Part shown: piece by piece, positions 37,011 to 48,720 of the stretch
Position numbering within the stretch: the stretch's first letter is position 1
Layout: the number at the start of each line of letters is the position of its first letter
NCBI RefSeq assembly: GCF_006345805.1
Contig: NC_043004.1
Coordinates: 92,008,001-92,072,000, forward strand
DNA: 64,000 nt
Origin: Octopus sinensis
Lineage: Eukaryota
Direction: 5' to 3'
Made by a program: the position numbers and the translations under genes
The notes under the pieces: model-generated
Databases searched by the model: none
What the model saw: only the letters and a program-made list of their open reading frames with translations
Told to the model about the DNA's origin: nothing

Positions 37011-39271
37011 TATTTCAAAACATTTGCCATAAAGGCAGTACACAGATTAAGTTAGCTTTGCGGGCTGGACGAGGACATTAATGAAGTGAATGATAATGAA
37101 AGACAGATGATAAGGATGGGAGAAGACAAAAAGCGCCCGCCGACTTTCGCTTCTCTAAAACATTGTTCTTTTTAAAGATAAACACAAAACGAGGTATTAA
37201 ACCTCTTACAATTTTTCCAATTTTTGGACTTAGCAGTCCATTATTAATAAAAATACAAAACGAGGTATTAAACCTCTTACAATTTTTCAATTTTTGGACT
37301 TAGCAGTCCATTATTAATACTAACAGTTCAATAATTACATATCGTCCTCGAAATAGCTTGTGCCCGCGCCCTCCACCATCAACCACGCCTCCCTCAGAAC
37401 GTAATCAAGTTCCGAGTTCGCGTCGCCCGGGACCAAGCTATAATCTTCATTGAGCTCCTTTAGCCCAAGCGTTACGTCGAACGCCACGGCCTCCACAGCT
37501 ATCTGCGGAGGCCATTCGGGGTCCTGTGTGAAGGCTAAAGGTGCTCCCTTGTGGTGCTCTTCCATCATTTTTTTTCAATTTCTCCTCCTCTATAGAAGAG
37601 GACCAATACGTTCAGTTCTTTCGTTGGCGGCACAGTTCCCGCCAACGGTATTCCTTCTCTTGTCGGTGGCACAACCCCAACCGACGTAGTTCCGGGACAT
37701 TCCGGTGCTACACTGACAGCCGGTAATGTCCCGTTTTTCTTCCTCTTTTTCTTTTTTTCCCCTTTTCAACTGAGGGAGGGTGCGTCTCCTCCGTGGCTAG
37801 AAGATTCGCCTTCCTCTCCTCATCCCTATTATCCTTTGGTGAGCACCCATTGTTGCTCACCTTCCTCTTTCAGCCTCTGTTTGAGGAGTCCTCTGCTTTC
37901 TCGGCCGTTATCGTTCCCTCTTCTAGAGGGGTTTTACTTAACTGTTCCGGGATCCTATTTTGTTCCCGAGGACAGTTCTTCTTTATGTGGCCGGACTCCA
38001 AGCACCGATGACACTTAGGGGGGCGACCCTCAAGCATCACCGGGTACCTGCACCCGGCCATTTTCAAAAAATCTGGAAGAACCAGATTGGCTGATTGGGT
38101 CCACAGGGTCAAAATTGCTTTTGACCCAACCCAAGCAGCCGCAGGAAGAACTTTTACATTAAGGAGCTTAGTTTCGCTGCCACCCAGACCACGGCGGATA
38201 GTCTCCTCTATCCACTCGGGTTCTATGTCGGGTGGCAGCCCGCAAATCCAAGCTTTCATCAATTTCTTTTTTTTGTACGTGGGCAGGAATAAGATTTCCT
38301 TACCCTCCAGGGGTTTGCTAGCAAATTTGCAAGCCTCTTCAGGGGTGTCAAATAGCAACCACACCGTTGCATATTTGACACCCTAGAAATGAATTTAATT
38401 GTTGGCAAATACTCTTCCAACTCGTTTTCAATTGCCGTCTTTTCGAAAAGGACGATGGTGTCGAGTGCCTTGGAGTAGGTTCTCAACACCACCGTCCTAT
38501 CTTCACGGTCTTTTAACCACTTTTTAGGTGGTATGATTTCCCACTCCAAAATTTTGTTATTTTTCATTGCCATGTTTTTTTTAAATATATTCAAATTAAG
38601 CTCAAAAAGCAAGAAGAAAAAAGTTCAAAAGTCCAAATAAAATTTGATAGATTTTTGAAAAAACAAAAAGGAGAAAGCACAACAGAAGGGAAGAAATCAA
38701 CGGAAAGTCGCAATAAAGAAAAAAACAAAAGGGGGGGGGTTAAATGAAGTTCAAAAGAAAGTTAATAAACAGAAAAAACACAGCAAAAATATTCTGGCCT
38801 TGCGGTACTCCCGGCCTGGGTTGAACCTGGAACGCCGCAACTGCAACACAACCTCCACAAAAATGGGTCCGAAAGGTAATCCAATAGTGGCTTATTTTTA
38901 TAATTTTCTTGCGAAGTACTCTGACAAGGGAATAAATTCAACAAACCCAAACACAGCACTGGCTACCGCCAACGGTAATTTTAACAGTAACTGTATTGAA
39001 TTCCGAGGATACGCCCCTCCACTGTTTTTTCTTTTTTTTTCAATGAACACAAAAACGGCAGCCGCCGAGAGCAGGCGAAATTGTCTCAGAGTTGGACACA
39101 ACTTACTGAAATAATAATTGGCACGCAATAAATTATGCCCAACTCACAATAAACAAAATTACTTACCTCGACAACTTTCCGTTTTTGGTCTTTTTTCTTT
39201 AATTGGACGGAGCTGGTTGACTCGCGTCCACTCTGGCTGAACAGGAAGCAACTGACTAACTGCGCATGTGT
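37011..39271 (-). mobile_element. ORF1-only (HAL1-like) non-autonomous Tx1/L1-type retroelement
   Basis: 15-bp TSD; ~700-nt 5' leader; disrupted ORF1 of about 410 codons; ~325-nt 3' UTR ending at AATA|AA. No endonuclease or RT motifs seen. Confidence 0.8.
37335..38573 (-). pseudogene. Gag-like ORF1 with CCHC zinc knuckle (frameshifted)
   Basis: ORFs 38259-38612, 37870-38364 and 37335-37568 join across frameshifts, at least two of them in homopolymer runs: MAMKNNK...FISRGVKYATVWLLFDTPEEA...AWICGLPPDI...LEGRPPKCHRCLESGHIKKNC...EAWLMVEGAGTSYFEDDM*. Confidence 0.85.
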
Positions 39272-39345
39272 GTTAGCAAGCTACTTACCATACAACCACT
39301 CCTGCGCCTATATATATATATATATACACATACATACATACATAT

Positions 39346-39496
39346 GACGGGCTTCTCTCAGTTTCCGTCTAATAAATTCTCTCGCAACGTTTTAGTAGGC
39401 CCGAGGCTATAGTTGGAGACGTCCAAGTTGTCGTACAGTGGGATTAGATCCATGATCATGCGGTTAGGAAGCAAACTTCTTACCAAGCAGCCACGC
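39346..39496 (-). mobile_element. SINE family 1, diverged 5' half
   Basis: GACGGGCTTCTCTCAGTTTCCGTC...TTCTTACCAAGCAGCCAC. Confidence 0.75.
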
Positions 39497-39706
39497 ATGA
39501 GAAAAAGATTATTTCGTCTTTATTGTTCTTGAGATATTTTTGTATATTTGTTTCCCTATGCCATCCACAGTTGAGACAATAAGCGATTCACAATGGCCGT
39601 CCGGACTGCTAAAAGTAGGGTAATAAGCAAGTCTCCCTCAAATTACACTTTACTGTCTTGAATAAAGAATTAAAAAATATTCGAAATGTAATTCTAAACT
39701 ACTCTA

Positions 39707-39997
39707 TATGGAAGCACTCCGTCGGTTACGACGACGAGGGTTCCGGTTGATCCGAATCAACGGAACAGCCTGCTCGTGAAATTAACGTGTAAGTGGCTGA
39801 GCACTCCACAGACACGTGTACCCTTAACGTAGTTCTCGGGGATATTCAGCGTGACACAGAGAGTGACAAGGCCGGCCCCTTGAAATACAGGTACAACAGA
39901 AACAGGAAGTAAGAGTGAGAGAAAGTTGTGGTGAAAGAGTACAGCAGGGATCACCACAATCCCCTGCCGGAGCCTCGTGGAGCTTTTAGGTGTTTTT
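39707..39997 (-). mobile_element. 5'-truncated SINE (type B) with 12-bp TSD
   Basis: TAAACTACTCTA at 39695-39706 and 39998-40009. 5' module shared with 21813-22118; 3' module shared with 47709-48027. Confidence 0.85.
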
Positions 39998-40465
39998 TAA
40001 ACTACTCTAAACACACGTAATAGTGATAGGTTGAATATCTCTCCTCGTACACATGCCAGACCATGGCTCACAATAACAACAATAACGACCGATTAAGTTA
40101 AACGATGAACACTGCCAAAAATGAATTGATTCATCAAGTTAGACTCAACTGTACCATTCAATTCGATTCGTTCATTCAATTTCTATTCTACTTGATGTGG
40201 CTTGGTGTATATCTATGTATGTGTTGTTCTACGCGTGTATATCTTTGTGTGCATGTGTCCTATCTCTGTGTGCATGTATGGTGAGAGGTGGGGTTAAAGC
40301 GATCTCATTACGATAATTAAGATGATTTCGTCCCTACAGATATAAGTTGCCACTAAACATAAACAATTTAATTCATTAGTTACGCCCATGTAATACGAAT
40401 TCGGTTATTATTTGAGTAATTTTTAATACGCATGTATATACTCGCATGAGCATAGATATATACAT

Positions 40466-40545
<80 letters not shown>

Positions 40546-40726
40546 GTAAATAAATGTAAATAGATAGATATATAGATATAGGCAAGTAGATGGATAGATA
40601 AACATGTCCACACACATATACGTAGATGTACGTGTGCATATATGTGTGCGTGTATGAGTGTGTGGGCGTGCGTTGTGTGAGTGTGTGTGTGTGCATGCAT
40701 ATATATATATATATATATATATACAT

Positions 40727-40953
40727 ATTTCTTTATTGCTCACGAGGGGGTAAGCATAGAGGGGACAAACAAGGACAGACAAACGGATTAAGCCAATTAC
40801 ATCGACCCCAGTGCGTAGCTGGTACTTAATTTATCGACCGCGAAAGGATGAAAGGCAAAGTTGACCTCAGCGGAATTTAAACTCAGAACTTAACGGCAGA
40901 CGGAATACCGCTAAGCATTTCGCCCGGCGTGCTAACATTTCTGCCAGCTTGCC
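40727..40953 (-). mobile_element. Meta-domain-like tRNA SINE, full length
   Basis: Reverse complement of the 44165 copy. Its central GAGGTCAACTTTGCCTTTCATCCTTTCGCGGTCGATAAATTAAGTACCAG resembles the Sauria/MetaSINE core. Confidence 0.85.
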
Positions 40954-41067
40954 GTTTTGGTCAGCCCGAGGCTAATGTAGAAAACACTTACACAGGGACT
41001 GTGCAGTGGAACTGAACCCAAGCCCAACAGGTTGGAAAGCAATTTTTGTAACCACACGGCCACTCCC

Positions 41068-41159
<92 letters not shown>

Positions 41160-41199
41160 ATGTGTGTGTGTGTATGTGTATATATACGTTTATATATTT

Positions 41200-41465
41200 G
41201 TTTTACAAGATTCTTGATGTGAAATCTTCTGTTGAAACAGTTATTGTTGTATTTAGGTAAGTTCATGTTGCCAGTTTAGCCAATAAAAACACACGCACTA
41301 TATATTTTGTGTTAATTTGCTTCAGCTTTATTATATTTTTTACATTGATCTTATTTCGGCCAGCGTTCTTTCGTCACACTTCCGTGACCTCATCAGTGGT
41401 CCTTTGCTTTCGTCTTTCTTATTTGTGTCTCTCTCCTTACTGACGATCAGGTATTTTGTATTTTG

Positions 41466-41470
<5 letters not shown>
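41200..41470 (-). repeat. PLE-LTR-like repeat with hammerhead core CTGATGA...GAAA
   Basis: CTGATGA at 41396-41390 (-), followed by a hairpin and GAAA; embedded between (TA)n tracts. Confidence 0.55.
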
Positions 41471-41517
<47 letters not shown>

Positions 41518-41522
<5 letters not shown>

Positions 41523-41669
41523 CTTTATTGCTCTCAAGGGACTAAACATAGAGAAGACAAAGAAGGACAAACAAAGGGATAAAGTCGATTACATCGACCA
41601 CAGTGCGTAGCTGGTACTTAATTTATCGACCCCGAAAGGATGAAAGGCAAAGTCGACCTCGGCGGAATT
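41518..41669 (-). mobile_element. Meta-domain-like SINE, 3' half
   Basis: GTCGATTACATCGACCACAGTGCGTAGCTGGTACTTAATTTATCGACCCCGAAAGGATGAAAGGCAAAGTCGACCTCGGCGG. Confidence 0.85.
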
Positions 41670-42099
41670 ATATATATATATATATATATATAAATGTGCA
41701 TACATACATGTTTGTGTGTGGGGGTGGGTGGCTGTGTGTGTAAATATATAGACACATGTATATGTGACCTCGGACAATTTTCAAAGTTTGCTTTCTACAC
41801 GAAGAAAGTATAGTTAAGTATAGATTACCAATCTGACGATAAATAAACGAAGGCAATTTATAATTATTTAAGTATATAACTGTATCGAGGAGGAAAGCAG
41901 CCGATACCTGCATGAATAATACATTTTATATAATGGCATGTAAAAATATTTCCGTGACTATGAATGTGCATGATGTATACAAATCTATCGACCAAGGTAG
42001 CTAGTTATATCCTTCCTTCTCTCTTTATATGTATATATGTGTGCGAATTTATGAGCATGTATGTACGTATGTATGCACATACGTATTTATGCATACTGG

Positions 42100-42108
42100 T
42101 AGATAGAT

Positions 42109-42202
<94 letters not shown>

Positions 42203-42236
42203 GCAGACAGATAGATAGATAGACAGATAGATAGGT

Positions 42237-42327
<91 letters not shown>

Positions 42328-42328
42328 T

Positions 42329-42414
<86 letters not shown>

Positions 42415-42415
42415 A
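42100..42415. repeat. (TAGA)n tetranucleotide array, ~310 bp
   Basis: Direct reading. Confidence 0.95.
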
Positions 42416-42963
42416 ATGTTAACATCTGCAGAGAAATGATTGAGTGATTCAAAATTTCAGCTTGCTCACCTCGTCAGACTGTCTGATGAAAATGTGCAAC
42501 CCAAAGCATCGAAGTCGCTGTCAAACTCTTCCTGGCAAAAGGTCATGAAATATCTACTATACTAAAAAGTATTGAGCAATCCTTCAGTTTGATGTTTAAT
42601 AGTTTCTATGCATTACTTCATATATAATGTATATATAGATATAAATATATATATATTCAAATAAGAATTAGAAGGAGCATGAGTGTGGTAAAAATATCGA
42701 ACACACATACACAATGTATGTGCATTGCTGCAGAAAAGCAAAAGACGAAGACAAATGTATAAGCAACAAGCAGGTGCATTAGTTTGATGCTCGGGAAAGT
42801 GAGAAAGTCTTTTACCTTTCGAGCATATGCGCTTGAAAAAAAAAAGGAATAAGAGAAAATAAATAGAGCAAGAATAAAAAAAAAACTTGTGAATTGAGCG
42901 ATCAAGCATGGCGACTCTTTAAGAATAAAAAAAACTTGACAGGAGAGGTAGAAAGTAGGGGAG

Positions 42964-43036
<73 letters not shown>

Positions 43037-43038
<2 letters not shown>

Positions 43039-43250
43039 CGGGAAGGTTTACGAAAATAAACAAAAGACGAAGGCAGGTGGAGTACAAACAAACAATAGTA
43101 TTAGTATGGCGCTCAGGAATAGAAATAAAACAAGTCTGTTACTTTTCGAGCCTACGCTCTTCGACAGAAAGGTACACAGAAAAAAAAACAAGGAGAGAAA
43201 CAAGGAGAGAAACAAGGAGAGAAAAAATGCGTGTAGGAGCTAACGATCCA
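43037..43250 (-). repeat. Third copy of the ~210-bp hammerhead-like repeat
   Basis: AACGGGAAG...TATGGCGCTCAGGAA...TTCGAGCCTACGCTCTTCGACAGAAAG, as in 3951-4160; abuts (TA)n. Confidence 0.8.
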
Positions 43251-43574
43251 TATATATATACACATACATACATATACATATATATATATATGCATATATG
43301 TATGTATGCGTGTGTGTATGTATGTATGCGTGTGTGTGTGTTTGTGTGTGTGTGTGTATGTGTGTGTGTGTGTGTGTGTAGTGTCTTTGACTGTATGTTC
43401 ATGCACCCGCAACCCAGCGGTTCAGCAAAATGTGGCGGGATCCACTTATTCGACAAAAATTATTTAAAGCCTGTATCTCAGCATGACCGCAGTCTAATAA
43501 AAATCGATAGATAGACAGATATAAGCAGGTAGATGGATAGATAGATAAACATGCTATCAATTTTTAAGTAGGTA

Positions 43575-43609
<35 letters not shown>

Positions 43610-43780
43610 GCCTTATGCAGTGTTTACCTAAAAGGAAAGCCATAAATATAACTATATATGAATACACACACATACGCACACACACACACGCCTATATATT
43701 ATATAATATGATATTATATATTACACACACACACACACATATATATATGTATGCATATAATACATAACATAAATATATCA

Positions 43781-43883
43781 TAAGAAGCTTGCTCCCCAAC
43801 CAAGTGTCTTCTACTATTGCCTCGGGTAGACCAAAGCCTTGTGAATGGATTTGAGAAACGGAAACTGAAAGAAGCATCTCGTA

Positions 43884-43928
<45 letters not shown>

Positions 43929-44163
43929 TACATATGTATTTGTGTGTATGTGTATCTGTGTTTGTAGCCACACTCGTTTGACAACCGATGTTGGTGTGTT
44001 TACGTCCTGGTAACTTTGCAGGTTGACCTAAGAGACCGATGGAATAAGTACTAGGCTTGCAAAGAATATGTCGTGGTGTCGATGTCTTCGGCTAAAAGGC
44101 GGTGTTCCAGCATGGCCGCAGTTAAATGACTAAAACAAGTGAAAGAATAAAAGAATAAAAGAA
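43781..44163 (+). mobile_element. SINE family 1 with deletion in the head
   Basis: CCAACCA is joined directly to AGTGTCTTCTACTAT; the tail (GAATAAAA)n runs straight into the next SINE. Confidence 0.85.
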
Positions 44164-44164
44164 T

Positions 44165-44368
44165 GAGCTGGCAGAAACGTTAGCACGCCAGGCGAACTGC
44201 TTAGCGGTATTTCGTCTGCCGCGACGTTCTGAGTTTAAATTCCGCCGAGGTCGACTTTGCCTTTCGTCCTTTCGGGGTCGATAAATTAAGTACCAATAGC
44301 GTATTGGAGTCGATGTAATCGACTGACCCGCTCCCCAAAATTTCGGGCCTTGAGCCTAAAGTAGAAAA
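44165..44368 (+). mobile_element. Meta-domain-like tRNA SINE
   Basis: GAGCTGGCAGAAACGTTAGC head; GAGTTTAAATTCC B-box-like; CGCCGAGGTCGACTTTGCCTTTCGTCCTTTCGGGGTCGATAAATTAAGTACCA core. Confidence 0.85.
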
Positions 44369-44864
44369 CACACACACACACACACACATACATATATATA
44401 TACATATATATATATATGTCCTGTTTCTATTCCTTCTTGTACTGTATTTTTTGTAATTGTATTTTATTTTGTATTTGTTTTTAATTGTATTGTTTTTACG
44501 TCCTCTTTTTGTCACATTTTTTTCCTTGTTTTTACCCCTCTGCAAAGGAATTTTATTTAATTCTTTCGCAGGAAGGATTAGTTCGACGAGACGTGTTCTG
44601 TCCTCACCTTCGAAACACGCTGGAGTTGAACTAGAGACAGCTGGTGAATGGGATTTTTCCTTATGTAGTTTGTCTTGTACTCTGTTTTTTTTTCGTTTAG
44701 GTCCGTTTCCACGTTTGTTTTTACGTTTTCGTTTCTCGTTGAGTTCTACGTCTATTTGTGGTGCCCTGTACTCACGTATATATATTTATATATGCATGTA
44801 TATATACATGTAGATGTAGGTACGTACATATATGTATGTATGTATGCATATATTTTATTTATTA

Positions 44865-44898
<34 letters not shown>

Positions 44899-45365
44899 TC
44901 ATACATACACACACACACATATATATATATATACAGACAGCATTATGCAGCGTTTATATTATATTATATATTACATATATATCAGAGTGTATGTGTGTGT
45001 TTGTGTGTGTGTGCGTGCGCGGCGCTTGTATATGTGCGTGTGTGTTACTATATAATGTCATATACATACATATGTACAGGATTGTGTATAATGTTTATAT
45101 ATGCATGCATGTGTCTGAGTAATACGTGTAAGTATATTCAGTTGTGTATGTTCGTATTGCGTTCTTGTCTTCGATTATTTATTGTGCTGAGTCTTCATTG
45201 CGTATTCCTTGAATATAACCAAACCCCAAAATTTCAATCACTCTGTAAAGACAATTCAAATGTAATCTATTTCACACACCCAAATTTCTTTTTGACAGCA
45301 TCCAACAAATGATTGTCTTGTTGTTGTTGTTATTATTATTCTTATCATCATCATCATCATCATCA

Positions 45366-45427
<62 letters not shown>

Positions 45428-45634
45428 ATTATTATTATTTTTATTATTATTATTATTATTATTATTTTCATTATATTTACTATTTTAGTTGTTATTGTTA
45501 TCATCATCATCGTCATCATCATCATCATCATCGTCGTCGTCGTCATCATCATCATTATCATATCATCATGAGCATCGGCATGAGCACCAATATTATTGCG
45601 ATGATCATCATTATTGTCGAAGTTCGTTCACTGT

Positions 45635-45716
45635 TATCAATTTTTAAGTAGAGAACATATTCATATACGCATATATATATGCGTATATGAATATGTTCTC
45701 TACTTAAAAATTGATA
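45635..45716. repeat. Perfect 82-bp palindrome (41-bp arms, no spacer)
   Basis: TATCAATTTTTAAGTAGAGAACATATTCATATACGCATATA followed immediately by its exact reverse complement. Confidence 0.97.
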
Positions 45717-45783
45717 CACACACACACGCACATAAATTCATAACTGTGTTTGCACCAGTTATTCTTTAGGTGATTGCTTTGTT

Positions 45784-45814
<31 letters not shown>

Positions 45815-45906
45815 CTACCACCATTATTGTTACTATAACTATTATCATTACTATCTTTACCATTATTTCTGCTGTTCGTTTGTTGTTATCAATTTTTAAG
45901 TAGGTA

Positions 45907-45941
<35 letters not shown>

Positions 45942-46088
45942 CACAAATATATAGACGTGTGTGTGTGTGAGCATTTGATACGTGTGTGGTGTTTGTGTGT
46001 GTTTACAAACATATGTACGCATATTAGTGCATATATATATATATTCATACATACATACATACAAATATGTATGTATATGTACACGCAC

Positions 46089-46123
<35 letters not shown>

Positions 46124-46205
46124 TACATACATATTTCTACACGAGTTGTTGTTTTAGTAATTTTTTTATTATCATCTTATTATTATTATTATTATTGTAT
46201 ACGAT

Positions 46206-46645
46206 GGCGAGTTGGCAGAATCGCTAATTCGCCGGGCAACATGGTCATCAGCAGCATTTCGTTCGTCTTTGCGTCCCGAGTTCAAATGCCAGCGAGGACA
46301 AATTTCCCTTTCATCATTTCGGGTCGTTAAAACGAGTACCAGCTGAATACTGAGGTCGATGTAATCGATTCCCCCTCCTCCAAAATTGCTAACCCTGTGC
46401 CAAAATTTGAAAGACTTATTATTACTATTAAGGTTACGAACTGACTGAATCGTCAGTACGCCGGGTAAAATGCTTAGTGTTATTTCGTCTCTCTTCACGT
46501 TCCGGGTTCAAATTCTGCCGAGATCGACTTTGCCTCTCATCCTTTCGGGATCGACAAATTAAGTACCAGTGAAACACTGGGGATCAGTACTATGGACTAG
46601 TCCCCTCCACCTAAATTTCAGCTCTTTGTTTTTAGTAGAAAGGAT
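46206..46645 (+). mobile_element. Two tandem diverged Meta-domain-like SINEs (46206-46414, 46432-46645)
   Basis: Each has GGC/AG...GCAGAATCG-like head, GTTCAAAT B box and Meta-like core. Confidence 0.8.
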
Positions 46646-47708
46646 TATTATCAATAATATTAATACGCTAACTTTTTATTTTTGTACTTACGTACTTGTG
46701 GTGTGTGTCACACTTCAAAGAAAGAGGTAAAAAGGTTGAAGGGAGAAGTACAAATAAAAAGAGAAATAAAAGGTGTTAAGAAGAGGATATATAGTTGAAG
46801 TGAGTGGCAAAGCGGGAGAGAGGGAAGGGACAAAGAGGAATTGAGAGAGAAAGAGAGACAGTGAGTAGTGACTGAAATGAAGGCGGCGTTCCTATTTTTG
46901 TTTTCAAATGTTTATAAAAGACACATATATACATAGATACATGCACACATTGTTAAACTAACAGCGCGAGAGAGGAGGGACAGAGAGGAAGTGAGACAGA
47001 AAGAGAGACTGAAAGAGTGAGAGAGAGACAGTGAATGGTGACTGAAAGGAAGGTGGCGTTCCTTTTGTGCTTTTAAATGTTTATCACTATTTTCAGAGTA
47101 GACTGATACATACATCGCAAAAAAATGTAGATGTATAGATCGAAAGAAAAGTTGATACATAGATACATAGACCCATTGTTAAATCAAAGACAAATAACTA
47201 CAAGAAATATTAGATGTCCCTTTCACTTTTCGTTACCACACGAAGATAAAATTATTTCGCAAATGGCTGAGTACTCCATAGACATGCATACCATTAACGT
47301 AGTTCTCGGGGAGATTCAGCCTCACACAGAAAATGACAATGCTGGCCCCTTTCAATTACAGCTACAACTCATTTTGGCCAGCTGAGTGGACTGGAACAAG
47401 ATAAACCTTGAAATGGTTGAAAGGAAACGAAAAAAGATCCTATATAAGGGCAGGAAAATCTTTTTAGTTGTTAGGGACACTATGGGTGTTAATCTTCTCC
47501 TAACAGCGGTATTTGTGGGTCTCACAGATCTGGAGGCCAAGCCCCCAGGTAAACACCGATGCGCAGGCTGTTGTTATGAAACTGAGCGCAAGTCGAAGGG
47601 GAAGTCACTACACGATGGAATAGTAATTATTTCGTCATAGCTTTCATTGCTTATACTAAACACATGACTCTTTTGCCTTACGATATGGATCACTTTTTTT
47701 TAACAAGT

Positions 47709-48027
47709 GGCACTCTGTCGGTTACGAAGACGATTTTCTTATTTATCTAATCAACGGAACAGTCTGCTCGTAAAATTAACGCGCAAGTGGTGACTCCACA
47801 AACATGCATACCATTACGTGGTTCTCAGGAAGATTCAGCTTCACACAGAATGTGACAAGGCTGGCCCTTTTGAATTACACATACAGCTCATTTTTGCCAG
47901 CTGAGTGGACTGCAACAAGGTGAGGTAGAGTACCTTGCTCAAGAACACAGCGCGCCGTCGGACATCATACTCATGACTTTACGATCGTGGGCCGAATACT
48001 CCTAATCACTGAGCCACGCACCTTCAC
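47709..48027 (-). mobile_element. tRNA/CORE-like SINE (type A); partial second copy at 47262-47400
   Basis: The - strand head reads GTGGCTCAGTGATTAGG, then GTGTTCTTGAGCAAGG...CAGTCCACTCAGCTGGCAAAAATGAG, then the 3' module shared with 39707-39997. Confidence 0.8.
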
Positions 48028-48483
48028 TCTCTTAACCACAGAGAAAAGGAGTGAAGCGATAAAGACAATGAAAGGAAAGCCTCGGTCATTTAAAATGACA
48101 AACTGAAATTTTAACAATGAAGAAGAGGGTAAGACATTTAGTAATGAATAGAGGGAAAGTCTTTCAGGTACTTACGTTTTCCTTCTGGGAGATCTAGAAT
48201 GTTCAAGTGTTAGTTTCTCATCTTTCCCCCACCCCCGGTACTTATTCGCCTTCTTTGATAGATCTTCATGTCTTTTGGTTGGGAGGAAAGACCATGTTTC
48301 TTCAGGCACGTTTAACGTTTTCTCTACAGACTACAAACGAGTCCTCCTCCCTTCCTTTTCTTTATTCATACAAAAACTAATGAAAATTTCGAACAGAAAA
48401 ATGGGTAATACCCCCTACAAAATGACTGGGGCCGAAAAGTTACCAACAAGTGGCTTCATGAAATTCACCTCTATACTTTAAAG

Positions 48484-48538
48484 AGTGTCTTCTATAGCCT
48501 CGTGAGTTGATTTGGTAGACGGAAACTGAAAGAAGCCC

Positions 48539-48590
<52 letters not shown>

Positions 48591-48720
48591 CCTCCACCAC
48601 CATCCCTTGACAACCGATGTTAGTGTGTTTGTGTCCCCGTAACTTTGCTATTCGTCAGAAGAGCCTGATAGAATAGGTACCAAGGGTCGATTTCTTCGAC
48701 TAAAGGATGGTACTCTAGCA
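48484..48720 (+). mobile_element. SINE family 1 fragment
   Basis: GATTTGGTAGACGGAAACTGAAAGAAGCCCGT-(TA)n-...CGACTAAAGGATGGTACTCTAGCA, truncated within the tail. Confidence 0.75.

Larger units (their letters stand above)
36608..39308 (-). mobile_element. SINE family 1 split by a 2261-bp insertion (SINE parts 36608-37010 and 39272-39308)
   Basis: The SINE stops at GTTAGCAAGCTACTT (36996-37010) and resumes with the same 15-mer (39272-39286) followed by ACCATACAACCACTCCTGCGCC. Confidence 0.92.

Noticed and set aside
42440-42530. CTGACGA...GAAA...AATC (-) and CTGATGA (+) hammerhead-like strings
   Set aside because: Stems are only 2-3 bp and stem I fails after 3 bp; not distinguishable from chance.
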